Of a DNA stretch of 42,903 bases, positions 21,301 through 33,600 are shown in pieces; position 1 is the first letter of the stretch; the number at the start of each line of letters is the position of its first letter. Origin of the DNA: Klebsormidium nitens (taxonomy: Eukaryota; Plantae; Klebsormidiophyceae); contig DF237017.1 of the NCBI GenBank assembly GCA_000708835.1, positions 34,964-77,866 of the forward strand, in the 5' to 3' direction. The position numbers were made by a program, and so were the translations under genes. The notes below the pieces were generated by a model. That model was not told the origin of the DNA, ran no database searches, and saw nothing but the letters and a program-made list of their open reading frames with translations.

Positions 21301-24300
21301 GGCCGCGCGATGCGCATGCGCACAGCAGGGCGCCCCACATGGGGACGCTCGGAGGGAAGCCCCGGGCGCGCATTTCCTGCAGGGTTAGGTTCCCGGTTAG
21401 CGTTTCAGGAAATTCCACTTCTAGTGTTTTACAGTTGAAAATTTTGAGGTTAGCGGCTGACTACGGAAACCAGCTCTGGTTTGGAAAGGTGGAGACCATG
21501 CGATGCACAGACGCACAGGAGGGCGCCCCACATGGGCACGNNNNNNNNNNNNNNNNNNNNNNNNNNNNNNNNNNNNNNNNNNNNNNNNNNNNNNNNNNNN
21601 NNNNNNNNNNNNNNNNNNNNNNNNNNNNNNNNNNNNNNNNNNNNNNNNNNNNNNNNNNNNNNNNNNNNNNNNNNNNNNNNNNNNNNNNNNNNNNNNNNNN
21701 NNNNNNNNNNNNNNNNNNNNNNNNNNNNNNNNNNNNNNNNNNNNNNNNNNNNNNNNNNNNNNNNNNNNNNNNNNNNNNNNNNNNNNNNNNNNNNNNNNNN
21801 NNNNNNNNNNNNNNNNNNNNNNNNNNNNNNNNNNNNNNNNNNNNCGAAGCACAGCCGCACAGGAGGTCGCTCACATGGGGACGCTCGTAGGAAAGCTGCG
21901 GGCGCGCATTCTTGCAGGGTTAGCTTTCCAGCTAGCGTTTTAACAGCGGCGGTTTCAAGGTCTCAGGGGTCCTATGGTTTTAGAGTTAGCGGCTGGTTAC
22001 GGAAACCGGCTCTCCTTCGAAAAGGTGGAGATTGCGCGATGCACAGGCGCACAGAAGGGCGCTGCACATGGGGACGCTCGGGAGGCAGCCCCAGGCATGC
22101 ATCTCCTGTGGGAATAAGGTTGTTGGCTAGTGTTTCAAAGGCAGGTGTTTTGGGTGAGAGGCTCGCTAACGAAACGCTTACGGACTTTTGCGTCGAGGTT
22201 GCTTGACACGCACGCCCACAGAAGCGCTCATAGTTCAAAGCCCTCGCTCCATGCAGATTTCATGAGCAAGCAACACAACGCAGAGAACTGAAGACACCAA
22301 CGCAGTAACGCGGCGCCAATTTTCAAATTCTCACCGCAATCAGCGCCTCCGCTTTCTCGATCTCCCCGTCTCGCGCCAGCGCGCTGACGACAGCTGCATA
22401 CGTCAGCGCGTTCGGGACGCAGCCCGCGTCCCGCTTCATGTACTCGAAAACCTCCAAACCCTCACGCAGGCGCCCCGCCCGGTCGAGCGCCGCTATGAGG
22501 CCCGTAAGGCTAATGACGAGGGGGCGACGGCCGGCCGCGTTAAGCGGCATGCTTTCGATCACCTGATAAGGAGTAAAAGCAACGACACCTCACTTATCTG
22601 CCCGAAAGGCACTTCTTGGGGGGTGGTGGTTCTGTGGGATTGGTTGTCGAGGGGATTTTGTAGATTTGATTATCGGAGGTCGTGAAGAGGAGATAAACGA
22701 GGGGGCGTCGGCCGGCCGCACTTAGTGGCATGCTCTCAATCACCTGACAATAAAAACAGAACCATAAACGTCGCTTTTCTACCGGAAAGCGACTTCTGTA
22801 CGCGTGATTGGGCGGGTGGAGACTCTGTGCAATCGGGTGTTAAGAGGTTCGTAAACAATTGGTTGTCGAAAGTCGTGAGAAGGAAATCAATGAGGGGGCG
22901 CCGGCCGGTCGCATTGAGCGGCATGCTCTCAATCACCTTACGAGGAATCAATACAATCACAAGCTGACGTCATTTCTCAATAGCGAAGCACCAGTAAATT
23001 GGAACAAACCGACTTTTCTTTTTGAAGGCAGAGTCTCTGAAGAAAAGACAGGGAAATGGTCTTCCTCATTGAAATTGACGTCAAGGGGTTCATAAAAAGG
23101 GAACCGACGAGAGACAGTGATATCGAGGACGGGTCTACCTGGACAGAAGCGAGTACCTACTCTAGACTCCGTGGGTTTTGAGTTCCTGTTTCCCTCGTCA
23201 GCGCCATCTCTCAAAGAGGACGTATCAAGAGGACCAGACGACGGCGACAGTTAGAGCGAGTACAGGGGTCGACTGTCGCTGCAAACAAAGCGATGCGTTG
23301 TAAACACACAGTCGCTCTGCCTGACGAATTCTTTGTCACTTCCTGTCTGCCTCGCTCCCATAAATAAAACTTTTTGAAAATGAAACATCCCTAGGTCTCA
23401 AGCTCATGAGGGCTCCTCATGCACCGAAACTACACTCATAAGTAGTCGCAGGTTCATAAGGGCTCCCCGCTGCATCCAAATGTACTCTTAAGTAGTCGTA
23501 GATTCATAAGGGCTCCCCACGTGCACCAACAATACACTCGTAAGCAGTCGTAAACCGTACCTCGACGCCCTTCCGCCAGTTTCCCGCCACAGCATGGGCG
23601 CACGCGACGGCCGAGTAGCATGCAGCGCTCGGGGCCAAGCCCCGACCCCGCATCTCCCGAAAGTGCTTCTCCGCTAGCTCCGCTTGCCCGCCCCCCACCA
23701 ACGCCTGCAGATCAACGGAGACGCTGATGAGTGGAAAGTACTGACGTCAACCTGGAGTGATGGACGTCGGCATGTGACGTCAGCATCTGCCAAGGAGCAA
23801 AGTCACAGCAACGAGAAGTGCATCGCCGCCAGCTCCCTGTGACCGCCCACAGACAGCACCTGCGCAACCAACAGCAGTCTTTGGACCGTGCAAGCCGGCG
23901 GGAGAAACATAGAAATATATGACTGATTATGCTGAAGTCAGCATAATGGGTGACTTGCACTTTGTTCGCTGGCCGCCGAAACTCTGGAAGAAATCAGGGG
24001 GCGAGACTCGAGGGGCCTTTCGCAAGTTCGCGCCCACAGAAAGACGTTCGTTGTCTGGCCTTTTCCTCGCCCAAAACCCTGCACGTCACGAGATTTCAGC
24101 TTCGAGGAGAATGCAAATGCAACTAATCTCTGTCTCTGACACCAAGTTTTGCCGCATCCTTCGTCGGACCTTTTTATCTTAACCACACGTTCTACTTTCT
24201 GAATTACTACTGGCCTCAAGCTGAAAGCATTTCAAAAGTCGGTTCGGATCAGAACCCTCGCTCACCTGCAGAAGATTCTTGTACGTTGCGACGGTCGGTT

Positions 24301-26563
24301 CGAACCCCGCACCCAGGTACCGCTCAAAGTACCCCACCGCATCCTCCCGCCGCCCCCCCCTCCCCATAACCTCAATCATAACCCCAAACGTCATGCCATC
24401 AGGCTTTAACCCGTCTCTCTCCAACTCGTCCAAAAGTGCCTCCGCCTCGAAACACGCCCCCCCTGGAGCGGCGGCGTTGATCGCGTGGTTGTAAGCGGTG
24501 ACGTCCAGGGGGATCCCCCGGCTCCGGAGGTCGTCTAGAAGTTCCCGCGCGGCCTGCAGGCAGCCCCCCTGCCCGAAGATCCGCAAGAGGTTCCGGTGGT
24601 CGGGCTTGAGGTTGGAACGGCGTTTCAGGACGCGGTAGCAGTCGGCGACCTGAGGGGTAAGTCCTTAAGGTTAAGAGATTGTGGGATCTAGAGACTTCTG
24701 GTTGTCAGCGACTCTTGGCTGATAAGATTGCGTGTTCGAAGTCACTTTGCAACTGTCACAGCACTGGTCTGTCCCCTTCCTGCTTTAATCTTCTGTAGAA
24801 ATGTAAATGGCATCTGCTCCTGAGTTTGCAGGAGACTACACCTCCCTCTTATTCTAATGCAAATCGTGGCACATTCCCGTCTGCCACAATCGTTGTCATA
24901 CCGTGATCATTAAAGACAACAGCATCGGCTTGCCCCTAACAACCTTCGGAGTATGTCCACCAAACGCACTTACTGCTCACATGGACTTGATGCCGATTGG
25001 TGATTCAAAACGTCTTTCTAGGAACGATAGGCTATCCCTGCCACCGAGGCCCTTCTGCTCCAGAATCTTCCATAGCCCTTCCCCTCCTGAATAATAGAGA
25101 GAGTGAGAAGCCACAAAACTTGCTGCGATGCCCAAGTTCGACATGCTTCCATCAGGTCTTGCACTCTTCTTGCCCCCCCAAAACGAGATGCACGGCCGCT
25201 CACCTTCTCGTGCTCTCCTGCGGCCGCCAGGATTGCAAACAGCTTGGCATACGTGTCCTTTACAGGGGGGTGTTTTAATTGCCCCTCCATCCACCGGACA
25301 AGAAGCAGGGCATGCTGCCAACGCCGCCGTGTTTCAAGCTGACACAAAACCAGGTTTGCTCGGTATGGGGTTAGGGCGAAACCCAAGTCGTTAACCAGGG
25401 GAGGAATTGCCTCTGGAGGGGAGTCTGGTGCGAGCGCTTGCAACCTGCCAGGGAGGGATTAGAAGTGGGTCAACGCCGAAACCAAGTTCTTAATGAAGGG
25501 GGTAGATGGTCCTGAAGAATTCCCATTTAGAGGACGTTTGCAACCTGGGAGGTAAGATAGCACATGGGTTTCTGTCAAACCCAGTTCTCCACTCTGGAAT
25601 GATGGCCTCTGGGCAAGCGATGGGACGGTCTTCTAAGTGAGAGATGATCAAGAGTAGAGCCAGATTGTCATAAGTTCAAGCAAGTGGAAAGAGATACACA
25701 TCGACAAGGAACTCGTCTAGCTTCATCGGACTGTCAGCTGAGGGCACCGCTGGCGATGCGTCACATTGCAGTCACCAGATGATCAACAACCCAAAAAGTC
25801 TCTACTTTTGGGGGTGAATTTCCCACGATGAAAGTAGCCTGTTCTTTGCAGTTATACCGGGGAGCTCCCAGCAATGCTCAGCGAGACTCATACATTCAGC
25901 CCAGCATTGGGCCTGCAATCCTGGAAGTCGCTAGATTGCCACTCACTTCATCGTAAACATCTTTACGGCCGCTTTTTCCTTTTCTAGGGTCAACACCGGC
26001 CTGCTTTCCTCTCCAGCCGACTTCAGTTTCGGAGCTGAAATCCCGTCTTTCCGCCGGACTCTCTTTCTCTTGCGTGCTGGCTGGCCAACTGTGGAAGGTT
26101 TCTGTCCAGAGGAAGAATTGGGCAATGTCATCAGCCGATCGCTCAATACTACCATCTCGGTGGTGGCATCCTTCTCAGAGGACTGAGGTTGGGTCCGATC
26201 TTGCTCTACCAATGCTGAGCGATTCTGCCCATCAGATAGGGACAAAGCTGAGAAAGTGGCCCTTGTTCGCCTTTTCAAAGCCTCGAATTCTCTATCATTG
26301 GCTGAAGTCTGTGTGGAACTAAAAGTACCAAAAGCTCTGGTACTAGCACCCTTAAAGGACATCACAGTTGTCCACGAATTGAGAGCGGTCTTTTCTGCCG
26401 CAAGCCCCCTATGCAGACCGGTCAATCCCCTGAGCTGCTCGGCACCTTTGTCCTGGCTCCCAAAGAAAGCACAGAATGCATGTCCCTCGTTGGCTGACCA
26501 GATTGCGGTGGAAGAAGGAATAAGCCCAGTATGAGTTGCTGCTCTAGTTTGGAAAGATCTCAT
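18316..26563 (-). CDS. P-class pentatricopeptide repeat protein, probably organelle-targeted; 1427 aa, 7 exons (26563-25947, 25444-25204, 24649-24266, 23704-23561, 22562-22335, 21376-21074, 20682-18316)
   Basis: Introns are GT-AG and phase-consistent (CDS 4284 nt), and the 35-aa PPR register continues across junctions (e.g. PLDVTAYNHAINAAAPGGACFEAEALLDELERDGLKPD, PNALTYAAVVSALARDGEIEKAEALIA|EMRARGFPPSVPMWGALL, RTVVTWNALIGALGAGKRWREALAAF). The Ser/Thr/Ala/Arg-rich N-terminus MRSFQTRAATHTGLIPSSTAIWS resembles a transit peptide. The N gap lies inside intron 5. Confidence 0.88.
21378..22115 (-). repeat. Tandem array (unit about 185-195 bp) of degenerate copies of the PPR exon 6 acceptor and first codons, interrupted by the assembly gap
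   Basis: Visible copies translate VPMWGALLCVCASHGLHLSKPELVSVVSR-stop (up to 21540), a frameshifted copy near 21845-21915, and CCACAG|EMHAWGCLPSVPMCSALLCACASRNLHLFEGEPVSVTSR-stop (22105-21986). The real exon reads EMRARGFPPSVPMWGALLCACASRGLH. Confidence 0.88.
21541..21844. other. Assembly gap (304 N)
   Basis: Run of N flanked on both sides by copies of the same tandem unit. Confidence 0.99.
22515..22960 (-). repeat. Two extra tandem copies (spacing 181 and 193 bp) of the PPR exon 5 acceptor and first ~16 codons
   Basis: Real exon starts at 22562 (TATCAG|VIESMPLNAAGRRPLVIS). Copies start at 22743 (TGTCAG|VIESMPLSAAGRRPLVYL..., stop after 49 codons) and 22936 (CGTAAG|VIESMPLNATGRRPLIDF...; the ORF track shows its stop at 22736-22738). 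Confidence 0.9.
23406..23555. repeat. Three diverged tandem copies of a ~50-bp unit beside the PPR exon 4 donor (intron 4)
   Basis: TCAT(G/A)AGGGCTCC...TGCA...ACTC..TAAG(T/C)AGTCG repeated three times. Confidence 0.85.
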
Positions 26564-27627
26564 TGTAACGGACTCAGCAAACGCTGCAGCTCCAATTGTT
26601 CTGGACGTAGAGGACAATCAACGTGCATCAGCGACCGGCCCTAAAATAATGGACCCCTCTCTAGCGGCGGAGGGCTTGATGATGGGAAAAGCTAGATTAG
26701 TTGCTGACAGATTGAAACAGAACCTTTGCATACACTGCGGGTGGGCATTGCTCCTGTGCTGATCACTTGCTCTCGTTCCAGCCATCTACGGTAGATTCTG
26801 AACATACGGCAGTCGCCTTAACGTTTAATAAGACTAAGTTATCACCATGATTCATAAATCATCTCGAGCCTGAGGCTTGGCTAAGTTTGCAACACGGTAA
26901 TGGTTGACACGGTGGGACGAGCAGGTCACCGGGTCGGTCGATCGCGGGACTGATCGGGACGGAAAATTTTGTAATGCGCAGAGGCACCTACCCGGTAGGC
27001 ATTCCCGCCCTCTTTCTGACTTTCTGAACCGTAGCAAACCGGAGGGAATGTCACCCCCCCGAGGGCTCCCGCTTGATCCTCTTGCGGCCCTTGTTTCGTA
27101 TCCTACCTGTGCGGACGCCGGGACGGGACCCACCTCCAAATGTATCATTGTATGATCAGGGGGATCACCCTCTGCACGGCCCGCCATGAGCTTTGAACAT
27201 GATGAAGACCTGCCTGGCAGACTGCAGAGGCACGTACTGGCACTGGCAGCCATCAATGTCATGGAGCTCAGGCCCAGGCCCAGGGGCTAGGGTTCAGGAA
27301 GCAGTTGATAACGGTTCGTAACATGGTTTCCGAGGCGACCAGAGAGCTCTTAATTTTGATTGCAAGACAATGGGCAAGATGGTTCTGAACCTGCCTCTTC
27401 CTCTTGTGCTGTAACTCAAAGCGGGGCACACTCTCATCACTATCTAGCTCGATTGAGCTTCTTCCATGCTTTTTCAGCAAAGTTCCGTGATGCCTGACGG
27501 GGCTCGCACGTCGGAGTCACATGCAGAATAGATTGAAAGTAGATCACAAGCAAGGGCTGAAGGTAGACAGCACGGTCTCGTGAGATGGCCGCCCTTTGTC
27601 TTGCTGGGAAGTGGATGTTTCCCGCAG

Positions 27628-30600
27628 ACTTTACTAAGGAAGAAGCACGTGTGGAGACACACACAAACAACGAAGGGGAGATTCAGTATTTTGTACATGA
27701 ATCAAGTCATGAAGAAGCTGGAACATCTGCTAAGAAATATCCGGTCACATGCTTTGTTCCCCGCTTTCCAGGTGAGGTGCTTGTACACTCGACTTCCTGT
27801 GCATGTCCTGATTGCAAATTCATTTGCAGACTTATCTGTAACTGTAATAGCTGCTTGCAGTCTCCTTTGAAGAGTGATTGTTGCAGGTTTATGATGTGCC
27901 CCGTTTGCCCCTTGGCAGATGAGCTGTCCATTTTTGAACTGCAAGAGCGGCCAATTGTCCAGCTGGATGGGGAATCCAGAGCGCGAACGATGCAAGCTGA
28001 ATTAGACAGGAGCCCCCTGGTTCAAAGGCACTTGGTCCATTTCAAGGTCAAGCAGATTACAGACATCCTGGGTTGCAAGTAAGTGCTTTGGACATTTGCA
28101 GGATGTCGTGCGCTTTCTTATGGCTGTTTTGCTTTGTACTGCTTTGCACTCGTTGCTCAGGATTCTTCAGAGCTTTTTCCTACTTGTGTGAGGATGGGTG
28201 CATTTGAGATCTCCATATCCATTTGGTCAACGATTCCTGCTCTGCCAACTTACAGCCTGACATTTTGGGTCTTCTTGCAGGGAGTCAATTTTTTACGGGT
28301 CTGTGGTAAAGATGCTACTTCCAGGAGATAATAGCAAAGCTGTGAACCTCATTGCCTCCCAGATTTGCGGAGATGTCTCTGCAACTTGAAGAGCGGGGCA
28401 TCCTTTTGGGGCTCTCTGGAGCCTCATGTGAAGGTGGGCTGCTCGCTCTTTCCCTACTCCTGTGTGTGTGTTTGTGGCGTGTGATGGCGTCTGTTGGAAT
28501 GGCTTCCATTGTTCCTGCACCCATGTTTTGAGCCCTAACAGCAATCAGCATGTTCTGCAGGGGATTGTGCACATGCACGCGATGCACTATCGGTCCCTGG
28601 GGCTTTCAACAGAGAAGATTCCCCATCTCTGTGACGATTTTTATAGGCTTGCTGCTGAGTATGGGAAGGACTTCGCAGTGCTACCTGACCAGGACAACCT
28701 TGCCAGTTCGTATCTTCCTATCCTGGCTGTAATGGTCGCCTTGACACAGCGTGGCCTGAGAGAAGACGAGAACTCTTCTCAAGGGTTCCTTGAACTCGTT
28801 TCACTAATGAGCATCTTTGGAACCTTCGGCGCTGTCGTCCTCCTCAACAATACTCTCTGGATTAACAGCGGGGACCGAGACTGGAAGGTGACTGAGGTGA
28901 GTACACGACATACCTGATTGGAAAAGCTGGATGGATTTGTGCATGTGCATGTTGCTTACAAACAGGATGCATCAAAAAGAAGCATGCTTACTCTCTTATA
29001 CTACTTGCATTGAAGGTTCGGTGTTAAGAATCATGCCCGCCTTGCATTGCAGGGGAACACCAGCATTCACATGGTTTTTCAATCCAACAACACCTTGTTT
29101 GAGGCGGGCAGGCTGTCCGCAATTGCAGCCATGATACTGGGGAGAGGCACCCGGTAAAGCTCGACCCCCTAGCATTTTTCCACGAGAGCTGGAGATGCCT
29201 TGCAAACTTGGTTCGCTGCAGTTCCGGCCTTGCATTTATTTCCTTCTTGACTGGATAAAGGAGCTTCTTTGCTGAAGTTGTTGCGGTTCATGCCAAACCA
29301 ATTGTTGTGTTGAAAAAAGAAGCGAAAGTTCTGTCAGTCTGCTAATCGCGAAGAATCTGCAGTTTGCTTCATTGGGGAATTGACCGATTGATATCTGAGG
29401 TTCCCGACACATGATCAGAAAACACTTTTTCGGGGAAGTGTTGCTTAACAGACCGCGTGGGTCAAGCAGGGAAGCTTTTCGGCAGCATGGGGAGGTGCTC
29501 CGGGCGGATTTTCTGCTGCGAGATGGCCTTCCGGTGGACTCTTACGAGGCCAAGGACTTGCGCGTGGAAATGGAAGCTCAAGTCTGTGACCTCACAGAGA
29601 AGGTGCTCTTTCATGGTAAGGTGCAACTCCTCTGTGAAGCTTTCCCAGCATCTTTGCATCGTGCTTGGATACGAGACTCCTTCCGTGGAATTGGTGTTGG
29701 TGATTACCGACAGAAATCAAACACGTTCTTTAAGGTTTTGTTAGCCAAATGTTACTCTGTTCTGGTTGCAAGCTCGGTTCAACATACTGGCTGTCTCCAG
29801 AGTCTTCACATTAGCTAGCGGCATTTTGAATCATGACGTGTCACACATACGTTGGTAATCACATCCCAAAAACGGCGCCTTTTCCCACTTTATTTTACAG
29901 AGAAGACGTTTGGGGCGCCAATCCAAGTTCTGCAACTTGTAGAGTTGGCAGCTCAGTCTCGAATCATGCACGTTGTGGAGGCTGCTATGACCTGCATGTT
30001 GAAGGGGGAGGCCGGGCTCAACGTGCACAGCACTGACATCAAGGTGTACAATCAGAGGTTCCGGAAGTTCTGCGAGGATGTTCGTCCTATGTACAGGTAA
30101 ACTTAAAGCAGCGAAAGTTCTAAAAGAGCGGCAGTCTGCAGTAAACAGAATGCCCTTTGTGAGCCGACCATGAGAATGTTACAATTCCAGATATAGTTCT
30201 TTCTCTCTTTTGCTCTGATGGCCGATCATTCATCATTTCAGTTTCTCGTGTTCGTCTTTGCTATTTGTGCATGGCGGGGAGCTGCCTGAGAACGGAGGCT
30301 TGTGTGCAGGGCTCTGCGCAGCCTCCATGGCCGGAAGTCGGAACGTGACGACCTTGCGCCTCCCGATAACCCAGATGTCGGGGCCAACGACTCCGAAAAC
30401 TCCTCATCCGACGAGGCCGAGTCGTCAGACGAGTCCACTCAGAGCGACCAGTCCGACCAGAAGCAGCTCGACGATATTACTGAACAGCTCAAGAAACTCG
30501 CCTTTCCTTCTGATCAAAGGTGCCCAATCTTGATCAAAGCAAATGGTGGCGAGCTTCAGTCTCCGTCGAGGATTTCATCCGAAAACGCGTTTGTTATTGC

Positions 30601-33600
30601 TTGCGTCGCCCTGTCGTTCGTTTACTCCGTGTCTTGAGATCACCCTGTTTGTCGAGATTAGCGTTTCACGTTTTTCTTAGGTTGACTAGAGGTGGGGGGC
30701 TTTCTCTTGCAGGGAGAGTCATACTTTCTCTCTGCGTTCTGAGGGGAGCTCGCCGGCCGTGCCCCTCTATGGCTTCTTGGACCCCAGACTGCGGACGGAA
30801 GTCACTCCTCGGCACCACAGTCTGGGGGCCCAAACGGAAAAGACTCTTGACGAGATCTGGTGAGTCTGTTGTGCCTCCGCCGAATGGTGGGTAAAAAATT
30901 GAAGACTGCAAAGCCTCATGATCAGCTCAGCATCTGCTGATAGCTTGTACATCAGTTTATTTTCATGAAAAGTAAAACAACTGCGGATAGTCAAAGCCTG
31001 AAGTCTGTAAGCCTCAAAAAAGCGCAAAAGCATTCAAAAAAGCAGGATCGAGTTGGTGCAAGGGAATTGGTTATGTTACTCAACGTGTCTGAGTTTTTGT
31101 TCCTGGAAGCGATGATTGATAGCAACCACAACCTTGAGACGTGCAAACGAACAGCAACTTCGAACTCGTCGAAATTGTCGCATCCAAAAGCGCCTTAAAT
31201 TTCCATTCTTAAACCTGCAGGGCGACGATATCTTCGAGCACTGCTTGGGAAGCTATCTGCTTCGTCCCCAACGCAAGCCCTCTCGACACCAATTGTGTAA
31301 AGAAGCTGGTAAGCTTCGCTATGAAAGACTGTCAGCTTGATCTAGGTTGTGCGGCAAAGCAGGCCCATCAACTCGAATCCCCTGAACTTTACCTCTTCCA
31401 TCGGCGTCGTGGCTGATCCCTCTAATCGTCGACTTTGATGAAGCGCTACTTGGCTGGAGATCCTCTATCGATTCAGTATCTTTGATCTATGATGAAAGAT
31501 AAGGGCTTTCATCACAGATTATGTCATAATGTATCCTATCCATTTCGTGATTCACTCCTTCCCATGCTCCTATGTGCTTTCGATCTTCAGCTTTTCCTTG
31601 TTGAGTCTGGACATACGTCGTCTCGTGCAGGTCACTTGGCTGGTTGAGAGCGAGCAGCTGTTGTGCTTTCCCTGCGTTCCTGCCGAGGAGAGCGGACCTC
31701 CGGAGGGTTGGCTGGTGCCCCTCTGTTTCACGGATCCCGAGTCGCTGAGCAAGCGTGCATGCTTTGAGCTACACAATAAGCTCGAGGAGCAACACCGCTT
31801 CGCTGTCCTGCTTCTTTACGGTGTCAAAGACCGGGGCCCGTGGAAAGTCTTGCCGACGGAGGTCCCAAGGGCCGAGGATCGGCAGTTGGCGAACCACACG
31901 CTGCCGCTTCTTGAGGAGCTGATCCGCCGGATCCTCGCTCTCGCGGAGAAAGAGGCCGGAACTGCGCCCCCCGAGGCATACAGCTTTGAAGGAGATTGGA
32001 TTCGCCAGCGTAAGAAACTGGACCTTGAACCGTGTTCCTGCTCTGCTTAGAGTGTTCGTGCTTGACCATGTTGCTCTGCGTCAGCCTTGTTTATGGTCGT
32101 GCTGGAGCATGACTAAGCTTTCGAATGATCATTTCTGCATAATCGAGACGTCAAACGATTGAGATTGCGGAGGGAAGGAAATCAGTCCCTTTTAAGCTCT
32201 TCGTCTTTCATTTCGCCAGCCTCCTAAGTGCTGAAAACCTTCAGTGACTAGAAGAGGAGGTAGGGGCTCAGCTGTACGAGTCCGGCTGGAGACGTTGGGT
32301 ACGGAAGTTCTTCGAGTCAGTCAAATAATACGCAAGCACCACTGTTTACAACTCGACTCGAGGGAAGCAAGTCTGATCTTGTTGCAGGCGGAATTGCGCC
32401 GGAAAGCCCGTTTCTCAGCATCGATCACAGTATCGGCGGTTCGACAAGCGGGAGCCAGGCTGGCGGAACGTCTGCTGGTCCGTTGGAGCGCCACGCCCCG
32501 GTTTCGGACGAGCAAACCACCGAACAGTACGTCCGAAGCTGCTCCCACCTCGGAGTGAGCGTGGAGTGGATGACCAGTTTCCTTTCTGGGCGACAAAAGC
32601 CCCCAAACTGTAAGATTTCCCACTCACATACTGTGCCACGTAGGATGAGTGAAGAAACGGTTTCTTTTTGCGGGTTTCTGATGGTCACAGCTGCAGAGAA
32701 GCAGAGTTTTTGCTTCCTTGTGTTTGGTACAATGCGTTCAAGATTGTTCCTATGATATCCGCGTTTGAGTTGTAACGAAAAGCTCCACGTGCCTCCTTCA
32801 GAAGGTGTTCTCGCTGATGAACCTTTCCAAGAATGGATTCGATGACAACACAGACGAAGCCGGCCTACGTTCTTTTCAAGATCAGGAAAAGTAGTCCTTG
32901 ATCCTTTTGCAGACCTGGAGCTTGTCTAGTATACCGATCCTCAACTTTAACCCCATACATCATGAAAACCCAGGTCTCAATTGTGTCCTACTTGACTCCT
33001 TTTGTCTGCAGGGTTACGGAGCTACCGGTTGAGACTCGGGCCCTGGAGGAAAGCGAGGTTTCGCAAGAAGAGCACCCCTACCAGTGCTGGCACGATGGTG
33101 AGCCAGCGCGTGCTGGTATTGGGCTCACACTATACCAGAGGTAAGGATTCTGCGGCACAAATCCGCGCGCACATGTTCGATAAGCAAGTCTCGAAGGGCA
33201 ACTTGTTCCAGGTCGCTTCTCGTGGGTTCCCGGTCCAGGAGTCAGCGAAGCCCGTTCTGTCGTGCAAGCTAGCAGAGACAAGGCGTTCCGGTGCCACCTT
33301 AGTGGCAGATTGACGGCTTTGTCTCCTCTTATTTTGTTCCTACAACGACTTCTAGCTGTATCTCCTTTGTTCATCAGGGCGTCAGTAAGCACTTTCCGAG
33401 TAGCTTGCCCCTTTTGAGAAAGTGCACCTGTCGAGATGCAAGGTACTGGTCACCAAGAATGGCTCGGAAGGTTGCTGTCGCAATTGCATCTCCGCAAATT
33501 TCTGCCTGCTTCTCAAAGTCCTGAAGCCACCACCACTGTCAATTTTCTATCTCTTGGCAGTTCTCGTCGAGCTCGCTGTTCCTGTCCCCTTGACGTAGTC

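Noticed and set aside
20163-21890. 575-aa plus-strand ORF and other long ORFs at 18485-19081, 4671-5168 and 5502-5894
   Set aside because: Antisense shadows of GC-rich coding exons. The longest runs through N bases.
32010-32050. Stop at 32050 as the end of the orphan gene
   Set aside because: A strong phase-1 donor C|GTAAGA at 32010 joins downstream exons in frame, so the gene probably continues.
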